From assembly GCA_043803405.1 (NCBI GenBank), contig JAZDKB010000036.1, positions 32,001 to 96,000 of the forward strand: a stretch of DNA of 64,000 nt, given 5' to 3'. The notes under the pieces are model-generated. The model saw nothing but the letters and a program-made list of their open reading frames with translations, was not told where the DNA came from and searched no databases. Below are positions 49,678 to 59,710 of this stretch, in pieces; the first letter of the stretch is position 1, and each line of letters begins with the position of its first letter. A program made the translations under genes and the position numbers. Source of the DNA: Spirochaetota bacterium (GTDB taxonomy: Bacteria > Spirochaetota > UBA4802 > JAFGDQ01).

Positions 49678-51023
49678 AAATCCTTCTTATATCCGCAAAT
49701 AAACTAAAAAGCCCGTACCCTGTTTATCCGCTCGGACTAGACTATGTCTCTGGTTCTGTTTCGCAAAAACATATTGTAAAAATAATAGACCTTAATGAAT
49801 TTGAGGATATTAATTCAGCCGGCATTACAGTTAAAGACTTTCCTGCTGACATTATAGGAATATCCTTAAGGAACGTGGATAATACTGATACAGGTGACCT
49901 CAAATATTTTCTTGATCAATACAGGAATCTAATCAGCAGTATAAGAAAGAATTCAAAAGCATTGATTGTGCTTGGCGGCAGCGCGTTCACTATTTTTCCT
50001 TCGGAGTTTATGCAGGCTCTGGATGCGGACTATGGAATTATCGGAGAGGGTGAACGGTTCGGCTTTCTGGCAGATGCGCTGGAAGAAAAAAAAGATCCGC
50101 TTGAAATTCACGGCGTAATTGCAAAGAATTCGGTAGCGAAGATACCGCAGCCGTGGCCCGAATCAATAATAAGAAAATTTAATACGAATAATTCATATAT
50201 CAATTATTATCTTAACAAGGGCGGGATGCTCAATCTCCAGACAAAGAGAGGCTGCTCTTTTAAATGCATATACTGCACGTATCCGCATATTGAGGGGAGC
50301 AGCCTGAGGCTGTTCCCGCCAGGCGAGATCGCAAAGACTGCTCTGGAACTCGAAAAAGCAGGTGCTAAATACTTATTCATTACTGACTCTGCGTTTAACT
50401 GCAGCTATGCTCACAGCACGGAAGTGGCCAACGCATTTATAAAGGCAGGATTGTCCATTCCATGGGGCGCGTTCTTTGCCCCTACGCGCCCGCCTGCCGG
50501 TTATTATACCACGCTGGCAAAGGCAGGGCTTACGCACACGGAATTCGGCACTGAATCCATGTCGGATACCATGCTGCGAAGTTACAGGAAGCCTTTTAAT
50601 ACTGCGGACGTATTTCACGCTCACAAGCTTGCGCTCGATGCAGGGCTCCATGTTGCGCACTACTTTTTATTCGGAGGCCCGGGCGAGAACAGCGCGACCC
50701 TTGATGAGTCCCTAGCCAACATTGAAAGATTATCAAAGGCAGTGTTCTTCATGTTCTGCGGCATGAGGATTTATCCGCATACGGAGCTTTATGAGATCGC
50801 AAAAAAAGAAGGACAGTTAACAGAATCAATGTCATTGCTTGAACCGGTATTTTATAAATCAAATGCAATCTCTTCTGAAGATATAATAAAAGCAATAGAG
50901 GCCAGGGCAGGCGGCAGGCAGAACTGGGTAACAGGTTCGGGCAGCAAAAAAACATCCAGATTGATGAGCCGCATGTATAAGCACGGGCACACAGGCCCTT
51001 TATGGGAGCATTTGATACAATGA
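49674..51023 (+). CDS. B12-binding radical SAM protein (lipid-biosynthesis-cluster type)
   Basis: PYPVYPLGLDY, ISLRNVD, QTKRGCSFKCIYCTYP. Confidence 0.9.
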   Translation: MKILLISANKLKSPYPVYPLGLDYVSGSVSQKHIVKIIDLNEFEDINSAGITVKDFPADIIGISLRNVDNTDTGDLKYFLDQYRNLISSIRKNSKALIVLGGSAFTIFPSEFMQALDADYGIIGEGERFGFLADALEEKKDPLEIHGVIAKNSVAKIPQPWPESIIRKFNTNNSYINYYLNKGGMLNLQTKRGCSFKCIYCTYPHIEGSSLRLFPPGEIAKTALELEKAGAKYLFITDSAFNCSYAHSTEVANAFIKAGLSIPWGAFFAPTRPPAGYYTTLAKAGLTHTEFGTESMSDTMLRSYRKPFNTADVFHAHKLALDAGLHVAHYFLFGGPGENSATLDESLANIERLSKAVFFMFCGMRIYPHTELYEIAKKEGQLTESMSLLEPVFYKSNAISSEDIIKAIEARAGGRQNWVTGSGSKKTSRLMSRMYKHGHTGPLWEHLIQ

Positions 51024-51817
51024 AGAAGCGGGATAACTTTACGTTTACTCCTTTTCACATTACAGGCATAATCGCAATACTACTCTCGGTCGTTCTTTTA
51101 TTTAAGAGCGCTATGCTTGCGCTTGCTCCCCTGGCTGTTTTCGCTCTGATCTGCGCAGTGGCGCCGTTCATGACAGGTTTCGGCTTTTTTCTGCCTGTGA
51201 TAAGCCGCGGGCTAGCCGGCAAAAACGCTGTTGCTCTCACATTTGACGACGGGCCTTCGGACGACGTTACACCTGCTGTGCTGAAGCTGCTATCGAAATA
51301 TTCTGCCAAAGCGACCTTCTTCGTAACAGGCGAAAACGCGTCCCGGCATCCGGAAATAATCAGAAAAATTCTTAAACAGGGACATTTAATCGGCAATCAT
51401 TCGTTTAAGCACGATCCGCTGCTTATGCTTCGGACAAGAAAGACGCTCTTTAACGAAATAAGCGAATGCCAGAATATCTTACAAAAATTTAAAATAACGC
51501 CCTGTGCATTCAGACCGCCCGCGGGGATAACGAATCCGAGGCTGCGCGGTGTCCTGGCAGAACTCGGTTTATTCTGCGTAAACTGGAGCTGCAGGGGATT
51601 CGATGCAGGGAACAGAAACGTAAAAGGCCTTTCGGATAAGATCCTCAAAAAGGTTAAGCCGGGCGACATTATTCTGCTTCACGACGTCAATCCGGGCAGC
51701 AGTGACAGCGAAAAAAAAATACTTGCCGAGTTTGAAAAATTGCTGAAAGGCCTTAGAAATTCAGGGCTTAATATTGTTCCGCTGCCGGAACTTATCGAAA
51801 AAGATGTGATGAAATAG
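51020..51817 (+). CDS. Membrane-anchored polysaccharide deacetylase (NodB/CE4)
   Basis: ALTFDDGP, GNHSFKH, FRPP.G, ILLHD; ATGA-coupled. Confidence 0.9.
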   Translation: MKKRDNFTFTPFHITGIIAILLSVVLLFKSAMLALAPLAVFALICAVAPFMTGFGFFLPVISRGLAGKNAVALTFDDGPSDDVTPAVLKLLSKYSAKATFFVTGENASRHPEIIRKILKQGHLIGNHSFKHDPLLMLRTRKTLFNEISECQNILQKFKITPCAFRPPAGITNPRLRGVLAELGLFCVNWSCRGFDAGNRNVKGLSDKILKKVKPGDIILLHDVNPGSSDSEKKILAEFEKLLKGLRNSGLNIVPLPELIEKDVMK

Positions 51818-51860
51818 GCTCTTGCATATAAAAGCAGGTATAGACTTGTCTTTTTTTTAC

Positions 51861-51890
51861 TTGACATTATTTGTTATGCGGAAATATTGT
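51861..51890 (+). promoter_or_regulatory. Possible internal sigma70 promoter
   Basis: TTGACA-18bp-TATTGT upstream of the dehydratase. Confidence 0.4.
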
Positions 51891-51956
51891 TAAGTTTACT
51901 TTTTATTGAACAAATTAAAAAATAATGTCATTTAATAGCCGGTTTAACAGTAAAGT

Positions 51957-52328
51957 ATGAATGACTGGTATTCGCTTTCAAATTTGCAATTAGACTCTGG
52001 GAAAAATATTTCAGCAAATGCCGTAGTGCCTGCAGATTCGCCATGGTTTTCCGGGCATTTTCCCGGACAGCCTATATTGCCGGGTATTGCAGAATTGTCG
52101 ATTGTTTTCGATTTACTAAAAAAAAATCATAATATTACTGGAAATAAGAATAATTTAATTATATTATCTTTAAAGAAGGTCAGGTTTAAAGTTCTCGTTA
52201 AACCGGAAGAATTGCTTAATATTAAAGTTATTCAGGTTGAGAATTCAGCAAATACCTATTCATTTAAAATAACTGCTGCTAATAAATTAACCTGTTCAGG
52301 CACTATCGCAGTAACAGAAACCAGCTAA
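51957..52328 (+). CDS. FabZ/ApeI-like 3-hydroxyacyl-ACP dehydratase
   Basis: SPWFSGHFPGQPILPGI, VRF...VKP. Confidence 0.85.
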   Translation: MNDWYSLSNLQLDSGKNISANAVVPADSPWFSGHFPGQPILPGIAELSIVFDLLKKNHNITGNKNNLIILSLKKVRFKVLVKPEELLNIKVIQVENSANTYSFKITAANKLTCSGTIAVTETS

Positions 52329-52373
52329 AACATTTAAATGGCAGACCGATTTGTCCGAAATGGAGGAAAATTA

Positions 52374-52643
52374 ATGGCAAAAACTATTGAAGCAAAAGAT
52401 ATTATTTTAAAGACAGCAGAAATAATTATCAATGAATTGAAACTGGAAGATATTACAGCCGAGACATTTGACCCGGATCTTGACCTTGTTGATGAACTCG
52501 GAATTGACAGCATGGATCTTACTACTGTTGCGCTTGTGCTTCAGGATGAGTATAATATTACCATTGATGAAGACGACTATCCGACTTTAAAGACAGTACG
52601 GTTAATATCAGATTATATTCAGAAAGAACTTAAGAGTAAATAA
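52374..52643 (+). CDS. Acyl carrier protein
   Basis: Acidic; ELGIDSMD with the Ppant serine; GGAGG SD before ATG 52374. Confidence 0.92.
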   Translation: MAKTIEAKDIILKTAEIIINELKLEDITAETFDPDLDLVDELGIDSMDLTTVALVLQDEYNITIDEDDYPTLKTVRLISDYIQKELKSK

Positions 52644-52650
52644 TTTATAT

Positions 52651-53769
52651 ATGATTCAAGCAGGCAAAAAAATAGACGCCCTTGATTTATCAGCCCTGAT
52701 AAATAAAGGCTGCGCTCTTAAAAAAAACAAATGGAAATTCTCCGATCTTATAGCTGATCCGACTATTCGCGATAGATGGGAAAAAGTAAAAAAATATTTC
52801 TTTCTCCGCGAAACCACTTACGATATGAGCAACCGCTGTAATCTGAAATGCGACGGATGCTATTACTATGAGGGCGACAAGCAGTTCACTGAAGAGAACA
52901 GGGACCCGGAAGCATGGCGCGCCCTTATGCGCGAAGAAAAAGCCCGCGGAATAACATACGTGGTACTTGCGGGCGCTGAGCCGTCGCTTTCGCCTGAGCT
53001 TTTAAAAGTGTGCTATGAAGAAATACCGCTCGGGAGCATAGCGACGAACGGCTTTAAGCGCATTCCCGAAGAAGTCGATTACATGATACATATATCAGTA
53101 TGGGGAAATGACAAAACAACGGCAAGGATACGCGGCGCCGAAAACCTGTTAAAAAAGCAAATCCAGAATTACAAAGGCGATCCAAGGGCTGTATTTGTTT
53201 ATACTTTCACAAAAGAGAACATAAACGAAGTCTATGAAGTAATAAATATAATATCGGAAAATAACTGCAAAATAACATTTAACATGTTTTCATCTCCTGT
53301 AGGCTATATGGGTGGCCTTCGTCATACAAAAGAGTCCCTGCTAAGAACAAGAAATGCAATGATAGACCTGTTAAAGAAGTATCCCGATAACGTGCTGTTC
53401 TCACCGTACAGCGCTGTTTCGCATACGCACGAAAAATCCCTGCATGATTTATTTAAATGTTCATATCCGAGAGTAAATTCGTCCACTGATATAGGACTGG
53501 GACGTTCGTTCAGGCAGTACAGGACAAATCTTTCGTGGGACAGAAGCGCGGCGTGCTGCGTGCCCGACACTGACTGCGACGACTGCAGGCATTACGCGTC
53601 CGGGAGCGCTGTAGTAACCGCAAGGCTTTACAGGCACGCGGTAAATCCGGAATCTTTTAAGTCATGGCTGGATTATGTTGACACTTATCTGTCGATCTGG
53701 GTCAGAGGCTACGAAAAAAGCAAAAATCTTTGCGATGTTCCTTACTCACCGCCTGGATTCGAATTATAA
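52651..53769 (+). CDS. Radical SAM protein with C-terminal Cys cluster
   Basis: CNLKCDGC, GAEP, CCVPDTDCDDC. Confidence 0.88.
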   Translation: MIQAGKKIDALDLSALINKGCALKKNKWKFSDLIADPTIRDRWEKVKKYFFLRETTYDMSNRCNLKCDGCYYYEGDKQFTEENRDPEAWRALMREEKARGITYVVLAGAEPSLSPELLKVCYEEIPLGSIATNGFKRIPEEVDYMIHISVWGNDKTTARIRGAENLLKKQIQNYKGDPRAVFVYTFTKENINEVYEVINIISENNCKITFNMFSSPVGYMGGLRHTKESLLRTRNAMIDLLKKYPDNVLFSPYSAVSHTHEKSLHDLFKCSYPRVNSSTDIGLGRSFRQYRTNLSWDRSAACCVPDTDCDDCRHYASGSAVVTARLYRHAVNPESFKSWLDYVDTYLSIWVRGYEKSKNLCDVPYSPPGFEL

Positions 53770-53804
53770 CACACAATCATTTATTTTTATTTTAGGAAAG
53801 GTTA

Positions 53805-54803
53805 ATGGAAACAGTCAGCTCACTATTGGATAAGGAATGGCTGCAAAGATATAAGAATATATCGAAACTCAATATACGCAGTTCCATTTATGATGTTACA
53901 AACCAGTGCAATCTGCGATGCAAGGGCTGTTTCTTTTTTTCATCTGATGAGCACAAGAGGGGTCAGGAAGAAAAAGATTTAAATAAATGGGAACAGTTCA
54001 TTGATAATGAGATAAAACGCGGAGTTAATCTCGCGATTCTGATAGGCGGAGAGCCGACGCTGTACCTTGACAGGGTCGAAGCATTTTACAAAAGGGTGCC
54101 TACATACTGCGCTACAAACGGCATTATTAAAGTTCCGCGCGACCGCTTTCCCGACATGATGATCGGGATATCCCTGTGGGGCGATGAAGAAGACGAAAAA
54201 GTCCTGAGGGGCAAAAACGCTTTTGCTATCTCCAGGAAAAATTATGAAGGCGATCCTCATACATACTATTTGTATACCATCACTCCAAAACAGGTTGGGC
54301 ATACAGAGCGCGTAATAAAGAAAATAAAAGATGCCGGATTAAAAGTACATCTGCAGCTTTTATCCAATGATGAAGATGTTGACGGATTCCACTGGACTGA
54401 GGATCAGCTAAAGGATATATGCATTGAAATGGACGCAATGCTTGACAAATATCCTGAAACAATCATTTCCAGCAAGTATTATCATAAAATCATAACAACA
54501 GGAATAATGATGGGACGTCCTTTCGGCTGGAAAGAATGCCCTTCAGTGACAGAACCGCTCGACAAACGCAATCCCAGACCAAAAAGGCTTATCCATTTCA
54601 TACGCTGGGCATCGGATCTGAAAACCATGCACAGATGCTGCACGTCCGAAACAAGGGATTGCACAACATGCAAAGACGGGGCAGCGCACATGAGCTGGGT
54701 AATGGTCAACAAAAGAGAACACATTAAAACAAAAGAAGATCTCCAGAACTGGATTGAAGTTTACGAGATGTTCGCGAAATTATACCAGTTCATTCCCTGG
54801 TGA
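53805..54803 (+). CDS. Radical SAM protein with C-terminal Cys cluster (paralog)
   Basis: CNLRCKGC, GGEP, CCTSETRDCTTC. Confidence 0.88.
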   Translation: METVSSLLDKEWLQRYKNISKLNIRSSIYDVTNQCNLRCKGCFFFSSDEHKRGQEEKDLNKWEQFIDNEIKRGVNLAILIGGEPTLYLDRVEAFYKRVPTYCATNGIIKVPRDRFPDMMIGISLWGDEEDEKVLRGKNAFAISRKNYEGDPHTYYLYTITPKQVGHTERVIKKIKDAGLKVHLQLLSNDEDVDGFHWTEDQLKDICIEMDAMLDKYPETIISSKYYHKIITTGIMMGRPFGWKECPSVTEPLDKRNPRPKRLIHFIRWASDLKTMHRCCTSETRDCTTCKDGAAHMSWVMVNKREHIKTKEDLQNWIEVYEMFAKLYQFIPW

Positions 54804-54809
54804 CCTCAT

Positions 54810-54959
54810 GAGACTGTCTCATAATAAAAAATTTGCCACAGAGGCACAAAGGATATTTACTTAAATAAAGCTGTTTTATTAATATTTTAAACAATTCATT
54901 AAAATAATTGTTAAACTCTGTGCCTCAGTGTCTCAGTGGCATTCTTTTGAGACAATCCC
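54810..54959. mobile_element. MITE-like intergenic element
   Basis: GAGACTGTCTCATAA versus inverted GGGATTGTCTCAAAA; inner GCCACAGAGGCACA / TGTGCCTCAGTG stem around an AT-rich core. Confidence 0.5.
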
Positions 54960-55002
54960 CAGGGAGTGAGGTTCAAAACATACTTTTAGTATTAAATAAA
55001 AA

Positions 55003-56262
55003 TTGGCAAAAGAACGAAACAAACAGGCAGTAATACTGGGATACGATACTGTATCGCCTCTCGGAACAGATTTCCAAATCCAATGGAAGCGCGCTGTTAA
55101 CGGAGAATGCGGTATAAAGGAACTTACTCGCTTTCCGCTACGTGAAGGTTTCCCGGTTAAAATTGCCGGACAGGTTGATGAAATTGACTGCACGCCTTAT
55201 CCGTTTTTAAGCCCCCGGGAGCTGGCCAACTGGACTTCTCCGATATTCAAATATGCAATGCTGGTTGTGCACAGAGCGCTTGTAAAAAGCGGAATAGAAA
55301 TAACACCTGAATTATCCCCGAGAATCGGCATTACCTTCAGCTCTGCTGTAGGCGGCCTTGATGCAGTTATTAATGCTGACAGATTATTAAACGCGAAAAA
55401 CAAACTGCCTCATCCGTTTACAAATCCGAATTCATGCATAAATATGGTAGGCGGAAAAGTATCTATATTAACAAAAGCCACAGGTCCGATTGTCTCAACC
55501 GTTACCGCGTGCGCTACAGGATGCACATCCATGATTATAGGCTCAATGATGATTGAGCAGGGAATGGCGGATGCTGTTATATGCGGAGCTGTAGATTTCT
55601 CGCTGGTTGAACCTATTGTCGGGGGCTTTGCTTCGATGAACGGCACATACAGCCCCAAAAAAGGCCAGCCTCATGAAGCGCCGGAAAAGACAAGCCGTCC
55701 ATTTTCAATTAACAGAAGGGGATTCGTAATAAGCGAAGGAGCGGGGTCGGTAATAATTGCGTCCAGGGAATTTGCAGAATCGCACGGTCTTAAATATAAT
55801 ATTGCAATATCCGGTTACAGCATGACATCTGATGCGCATCATTTTGTGGCGCCTAATTATGAAACAGTTAAAAGATGCATTGCCCAGTCTATAGAAAATG
55901 CCGGACTTAAACCGCAGGATATTTCTGCCGTAAACGCGCATGCAACATCTACCAAAATAGGCGATACGGTTGAAGTTAAAGCTTTAACCGATGTTTTTAG
56001 CGGCAAAATACCGCCGGCTTCAGGAAACAAATCGCAGATAGGGCATTGCATGGGTGCTTCAAGCGCAATCGAGGCTATTTTTGCCATGGAAGGTATGATG
56101 CGCTATACATTGCTTCCTACAATAAACTATACGCCCGATCCTGAACTTGTTATCGACTGCGTACCGGAGGGCGCGAGGCACGCTGAACAGGAATTTGTGC
56201 TAAAAAACGCGTTCGGGTTCGGCGGATGCAATTCATGCCTTGTTTTTCAAAGAGAAAATTAA
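55003..56262 (+). CDS. Beta-ketoacyl-ACP synthase (FabF/FabB-like) 1
   Basis: TACATG, NAHATST, KSQIGHCMGA, NAFGFGG.N; TTG start. Confidence 0.93.
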   Translation: MAKERNKQAVILGYDTVSPLGTDFQIQWKRAVNGECGIKELTRFPLREGFPVKIAGQVDEIDCTPYPFLSPRELANWTSPIFKYAMLVVHRALVKSGIEITPELSPRIGITFSSAVGGLDAVINADRLLNAKNKLPHPFTNPNSCINMVGGKVSILTKATGPIVSTVTACATGCTSMIIGSMMIEQGMADAVICGAVDFSLVEPIVGGFASMNGTYSPKKGQPHEAPEKTSRPFSINRRGFVISEGAGSVIIASREFAESHGLKYNIAISGYSMTSDAHHFVAPNYETVKRCIAQSIENAGLKPQDISAVNAHATSTKIGDTVEVKALTDVFSGKIPPASGNKSQIGHCMGASSAIEAIFAMEGMMRYTLLPTINYTPDPELVIDCVPEGARHAEQEFVLKNAFGFGGCNSCLVFQREN

Positions 56263-56265
56263 TTT

Positions 56266-56464
56266 ACCACAGATGGACACAGATTAAACAAGTTATTAAA
56301 AATTTTGATAAAAGGATATTTTTTAGTTTTAAAAAAATTATTTTCCTTTACTTACTTTATTTCTTTTATTTTTATATCTTCAAATGTGTATAATATTATA
56401 CTTTTCGAATAATTTTTTTTAAAATTTGAGACATAATTATAATTTTTCTGTGTAAATCTGTGGT
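56266..56464. repeat. Inverted-repeat-bounded AT-rich element
   Basis: ACCACAGATGGACACAGA versus inverted ACCACAGATTTACACAGA (16/18 match). Confidence 0.65.
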
Positions 56465-56473
56465 TAAACAATT

Positions 56474-57739
56474 ATGAAGGCACCAAAGAACAGACGCGTA
56501 TTCGTTATCGGATACGAAGTCATAACTCCGCTCGGAAAAACTTTTAAAGAGACCTGGAACAGGGCTGTAAAATCGGAAGCCGGTTTCAGGAAGCTTACCA
56601 AGTTTAATGTGCAGTCGGATTGCAACGTGGTCGGGGAAATACCGGATTGGAATCCTGCAGAATTTAATTTTGTAGATGAAAAAGAAATATATAACTGGAA
56701 CGCTGCTTTTATTATTTTAACAATGGCAGTATGCAAGGCAGCGCTCGAAAATTCCGGGCTTGAGATTAATAAGATAACGAGTCCGAGAACCGCCTGTTTA
56801 ATATCATCCTGTATTAATGGACATGATGCATACCGTATTGCAATGGACAGCCTTCTTAACAAAGGGCCATTAAAAGTGAGTCCTTATTTGCTTCCGAACA
56901 TGTGCGGAAATCTGCCGGGTGGAAAATCAAGCATGCTTCTGGGCTTTACGGGTCCCATATTTTCACCGCAGGGCGCATGCGCTTCGGGCAACCATTCAAT
57001 CGGACTCGGAGCCCGTATGATAAGGGATGGAGACTGCGACTTTGCAATAGTGGGCGGAGCTGACACTCCTATCCTTCCGGAAATAATTCACGGATTCGAC
57101 AACATGAATGCCACCTTAAAGGTGCGGCCAAAAGACCGCGCTTACGATGATCCGGCTCAGGCCTCCAGGCCGTTCAGCGGTGACAGAAAGGGCTTTATAC
57201 TGTCCGAGGGCGCAGGGGCGCTTGTACTTGCTGCCGAGGAGATGCTCACGACTTATGGTTTAAAACCGAAAGCTGAAGTGCTCGGCATAGGCTGGACATC
57301 GGACGCGTATCATTTTACAACGCCGAATAAAGACAGCATTGTCCGCTGCATAAACGAAGCAATTGATGACGCGGCTTTAAAACCTGAGGACATCCAGTAT
57401 GTAAATGCCCACGGCACGTCAACGCAGACGGGAGACAGAAGCGAGGTCGAATGCCTTCAAAGAGTGTTCGGTAAACACCTTGCTCACATGCCGGTATCCT
57501 CAAACAAATCCCAGCTTGGCCATACGCTTGCGGGTTGCGCTGCAATAGAAGCTGCGCTTACAATAGAAGGAATGCAAAAAGGAATAATCCTGCCGACCAT
57601 TAATCATATACCTGACCCTAAGATAGAGAACATTGACGTGGTTCCCAACACACCGCGCAAACAAAATTTTGAGCTTGCGCTTTCCAATGCATTCGGCTTT
57701 GGCGGCACCAACTGCTGCGTCATATTCAGGGGAGTTTAG
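56474..57739 (+). CDS. Beta-ketoacyl-ACP synthase (FabF-like) 2
   Basis: GACASG, NAHGTST, KSQLGHTL, NAFGFGGTN. Confidence 0.93.
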   Translation: MKAPKNRRVFVIGYEVITPLGKTFKETWNRAVKSEAGFRKLTKFNVQSDCNVVGEIPDWNPAEFNFVDEKEIYNWNAAFIILTMAVCKAALENSGLEINKITSPRTACLISSCINGHDAYRIAMDSLLNKGPLKVSPYLLPNMCGNLPGGKSSMLLGFTGPIFSPQGACASGNHSIGLGARMIRDGDCDFAIVGGADTPILPEIIHGFDNMNATLKVRPKDRAYDDPAQASRPFSGDRKGFILSEGAGALVLAAEEMLTTYGLKPKAEVLGIGWTSDAYHFTTPNKDSIVRCINEAIDDAALKPEDIQYVNAHGTSTQTGDRSEVECLQRVFGKHLAHMPVSSNKSQLGHTLAGCAAIEAALTIEGMQKGIILPTINHIPDPKIENIDVVPNTPRKQNFELALSNAFGFGGTNCCVIFRGV

Positions 57740-57740
57740 A

Positions 57741-58229
57741 ATGAAGCCGAAGCCTTTTATTGCAAAGATATATAATAATGACGAACGTTATGTGAAAGAA
57801 GAGTCAACCGGCCTCATCTGGCACAGATGCAGCCACCGCACGCTGTACGCTGATACTGACCGGTCGTCCGTGGTTTATCATTCCAATTATCTGCGCTATT
57901 TCGAGCAGGGACGCGCTACCCTTATGCGCGATAACGTGTACCCGTATTATGAAATAGAAGAAAGCGGGTACGTATATCCGATCATTGAAACTGGGATCAA
58001 ATACTTCAGGCCTCTTCGTTATGATGACCTGATGTGGATTCATACAAGGCCGGATATGATAGAACGCGTTAAGCTGCAGTTCGAATATTTAATAACTCAT
58101 ACCGAAACCGGCGAAATCGTCTGCACCGGTTTCACCCGTCATTGCGCTTCCAATAAATCCGGCAAACCTGTCGCAATAGATCCCAAAACGGTTGAGCTAT
58201 GGAAAAACTTCCCAATAATCCGGAAATGA
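57741..58229 (+). CDS. YbgC/FadM-type hotdog thioesterase
   Basis: YADTD...VVYHSNYLRYFEQGR, Y.RPLRYDD; GGGAG SD before ATG 57741. Confidence 0.88.
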   Translation: MKPKPFIAKIYNNDERYVKEESTGLIWHRCSHRTLYADTDRSSVVYHSNYLRYFEQGRATLMRDNVYPYYEIEESGYVYPIIETGIKYFRPLRYDDLMWIHTRPDMIERVKLQFEYLITHTETGEIVCTGFTRHCASNKSGKPVAIDPKTVELWKNFPIIRK

Positions 58230-59710
58230 CCGGGAAACAAAGTATTCAAATCGAAATACCAATCTATCCGTTCATGAAAGATCACAGATTTTCCGGCAGA
58301 ATTGTTATCCCTGCTGTGGAATTATGCCAGGTACTTGCTCTGGAAATAAAAAAGCATATACCGGATATAAATAATCAAATAATATATAATGCTTCATTCG
58401 ATAAATTTATTGATATCAATGGTGATGAGAAAATAACTGCACTTAACGAAATTAAATCTTATGAGGACGGCACGTTTGTATCAAAACTATTAACAAAGAC
58501 AAAAACAAGATCCGGCATAATCCGCACCAATGAACATGTATCAATGGACTTCAGAAAGGACGCTCTGCCATTTAAAGAATTAACTTACGATGTCGCTTCT
58601 GCGCTTGACGGCTTGTGTTTGCGGGTGCAGCCACAGGAAATCTACAGCGAGCTTGTGCCGTTCGGCCCGGCTTATCATAATGTCACAGGCGACCTGTATG
58701 TGGCGGACAGCGGAGCTGCTGCCTGCATAGTTGCACCGGCGGAGATGAGCCCCGGCCCGCTCGGGTCGCCTTTTGTTTTCGATGCTGCTTTGCACGCTGC
58801 CAGCGTATGGGCGCAGCGTTATCATAATACAACTGCTTTTCCGGTCGCGTTTTCCAAGCGGATCATACTAAAGCCGGCAGAGGCAGGCAAAAAATATTTT
58901 ACAAGGATTATTCCGGTACAGTCCGAAGCAAAAATATTTAAATTTGATATCTGGATTTACGATTACGAAGGCGTTCTTCGCGAGGCGGGGTTCGGCGTCT
59001 CATTCAGGGATGTAACCGGAGGCACATTACAGACTCCGGAATGGATAACTAAAAATAAAAATAATTTATTGTATGATATTTTATCGAAATGTGATGCGTT
59101 TTCGGTTGTTGAGCTGGATCAGATACCGGAGTTCGCCTCCAAAGCTCTCTCAATCGATGAACTTCGCAGGCTGGAACCCATGAGAGAGAAACGCAGAAAA
59201 AGTTACACAGGCGCAAGACTGGCATGTAAATTTCTTTCCAGGAAACTCTCCAAAGAAAGCTTTGATCTGCCCGCAGATAAAATCACAACTATCATAAATA
59301 ACATTTACCCTGCATGCCCGCTTCCGGACGGCAGCATGCCATACAAATGTACGGTTTCTCACGACAGCCGTTTCGCTGTTGCAGCAGCATCACGAAAGCG
59401 CATAGGCATTGATGTTGAAGAGATATCTGAGCGTGTTATAGAGCTAAGAAAATATTATATGAGCGAGGAAGAACAAAATCTTGTTGATTCTTCAGGTCTG
59501 GAAAAAAAGGCAGCATGCCTCAGGATCTGGTCAATTAAGGAAGCAGTAACAAAAGCTCTCGACATAGATCTAACCGGATCATGGAAAAGCGTGCAGGTAA
59601 TGGATATCGGTGAAAATATCACCAAATTTTTAATTAATAATATTGAAAATAATGCATACCACTGTACTATAGATAATCATATCTTTACGCTGGTTCAGTT
59701 CGGGGAATAA
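58226..59710 (+). CDS. PKS-type double-hotdog dehydratase fused to an Sfp-type 4'-phosphopantetheinyl transferase
   Basis: DHRFSGRIVIPA, FGPAY, FDAALH; then VSHD, IGIDVE, WSIKEA..KA; ATGA-coupled. Confidence 0.82.
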   Translation: MTGKQSIQIEIPIYPFMKDHRFSGRIVIPAVELCQVLALEIKKHIPDINNQIIYNASFDKFIDINGDEKITALNEIKSYEDGTFVSKLLTKTKTRSGIIRTNEHVSMDFRKDALPFKELTYDVASALDGLCLRVQPQEIYSELVPFGPAYHNVTGDLYVADSGAAACIVAPAEMSPGPLGSPFVFDAALHAASVWAQRYHNTTAFPVAFSKRIILKPAEAGKKYFTRIIPVQSEAKIFKFDIWIYDYEGVLREAGFGVSFRDVTGGTLQTPEWITKNKNNLLYDILSKCDAFSVVELDQIPEFASKALSIDELRRLEPMREKRRKSYTGARLACKFLSRKLSKESFDLPADKITTIINNIYPACPLPDGSMPYKCTVSHDSRFAVAAASRKRIGIDVEEISERVIELRKYYMSEEEQNLVDSSGLEKKAACLRIWSIKEAVTKALDIDLTGSWKSVQVMDIGENITKFLINNIENNAYHCTIDNHIFTLVQFGE

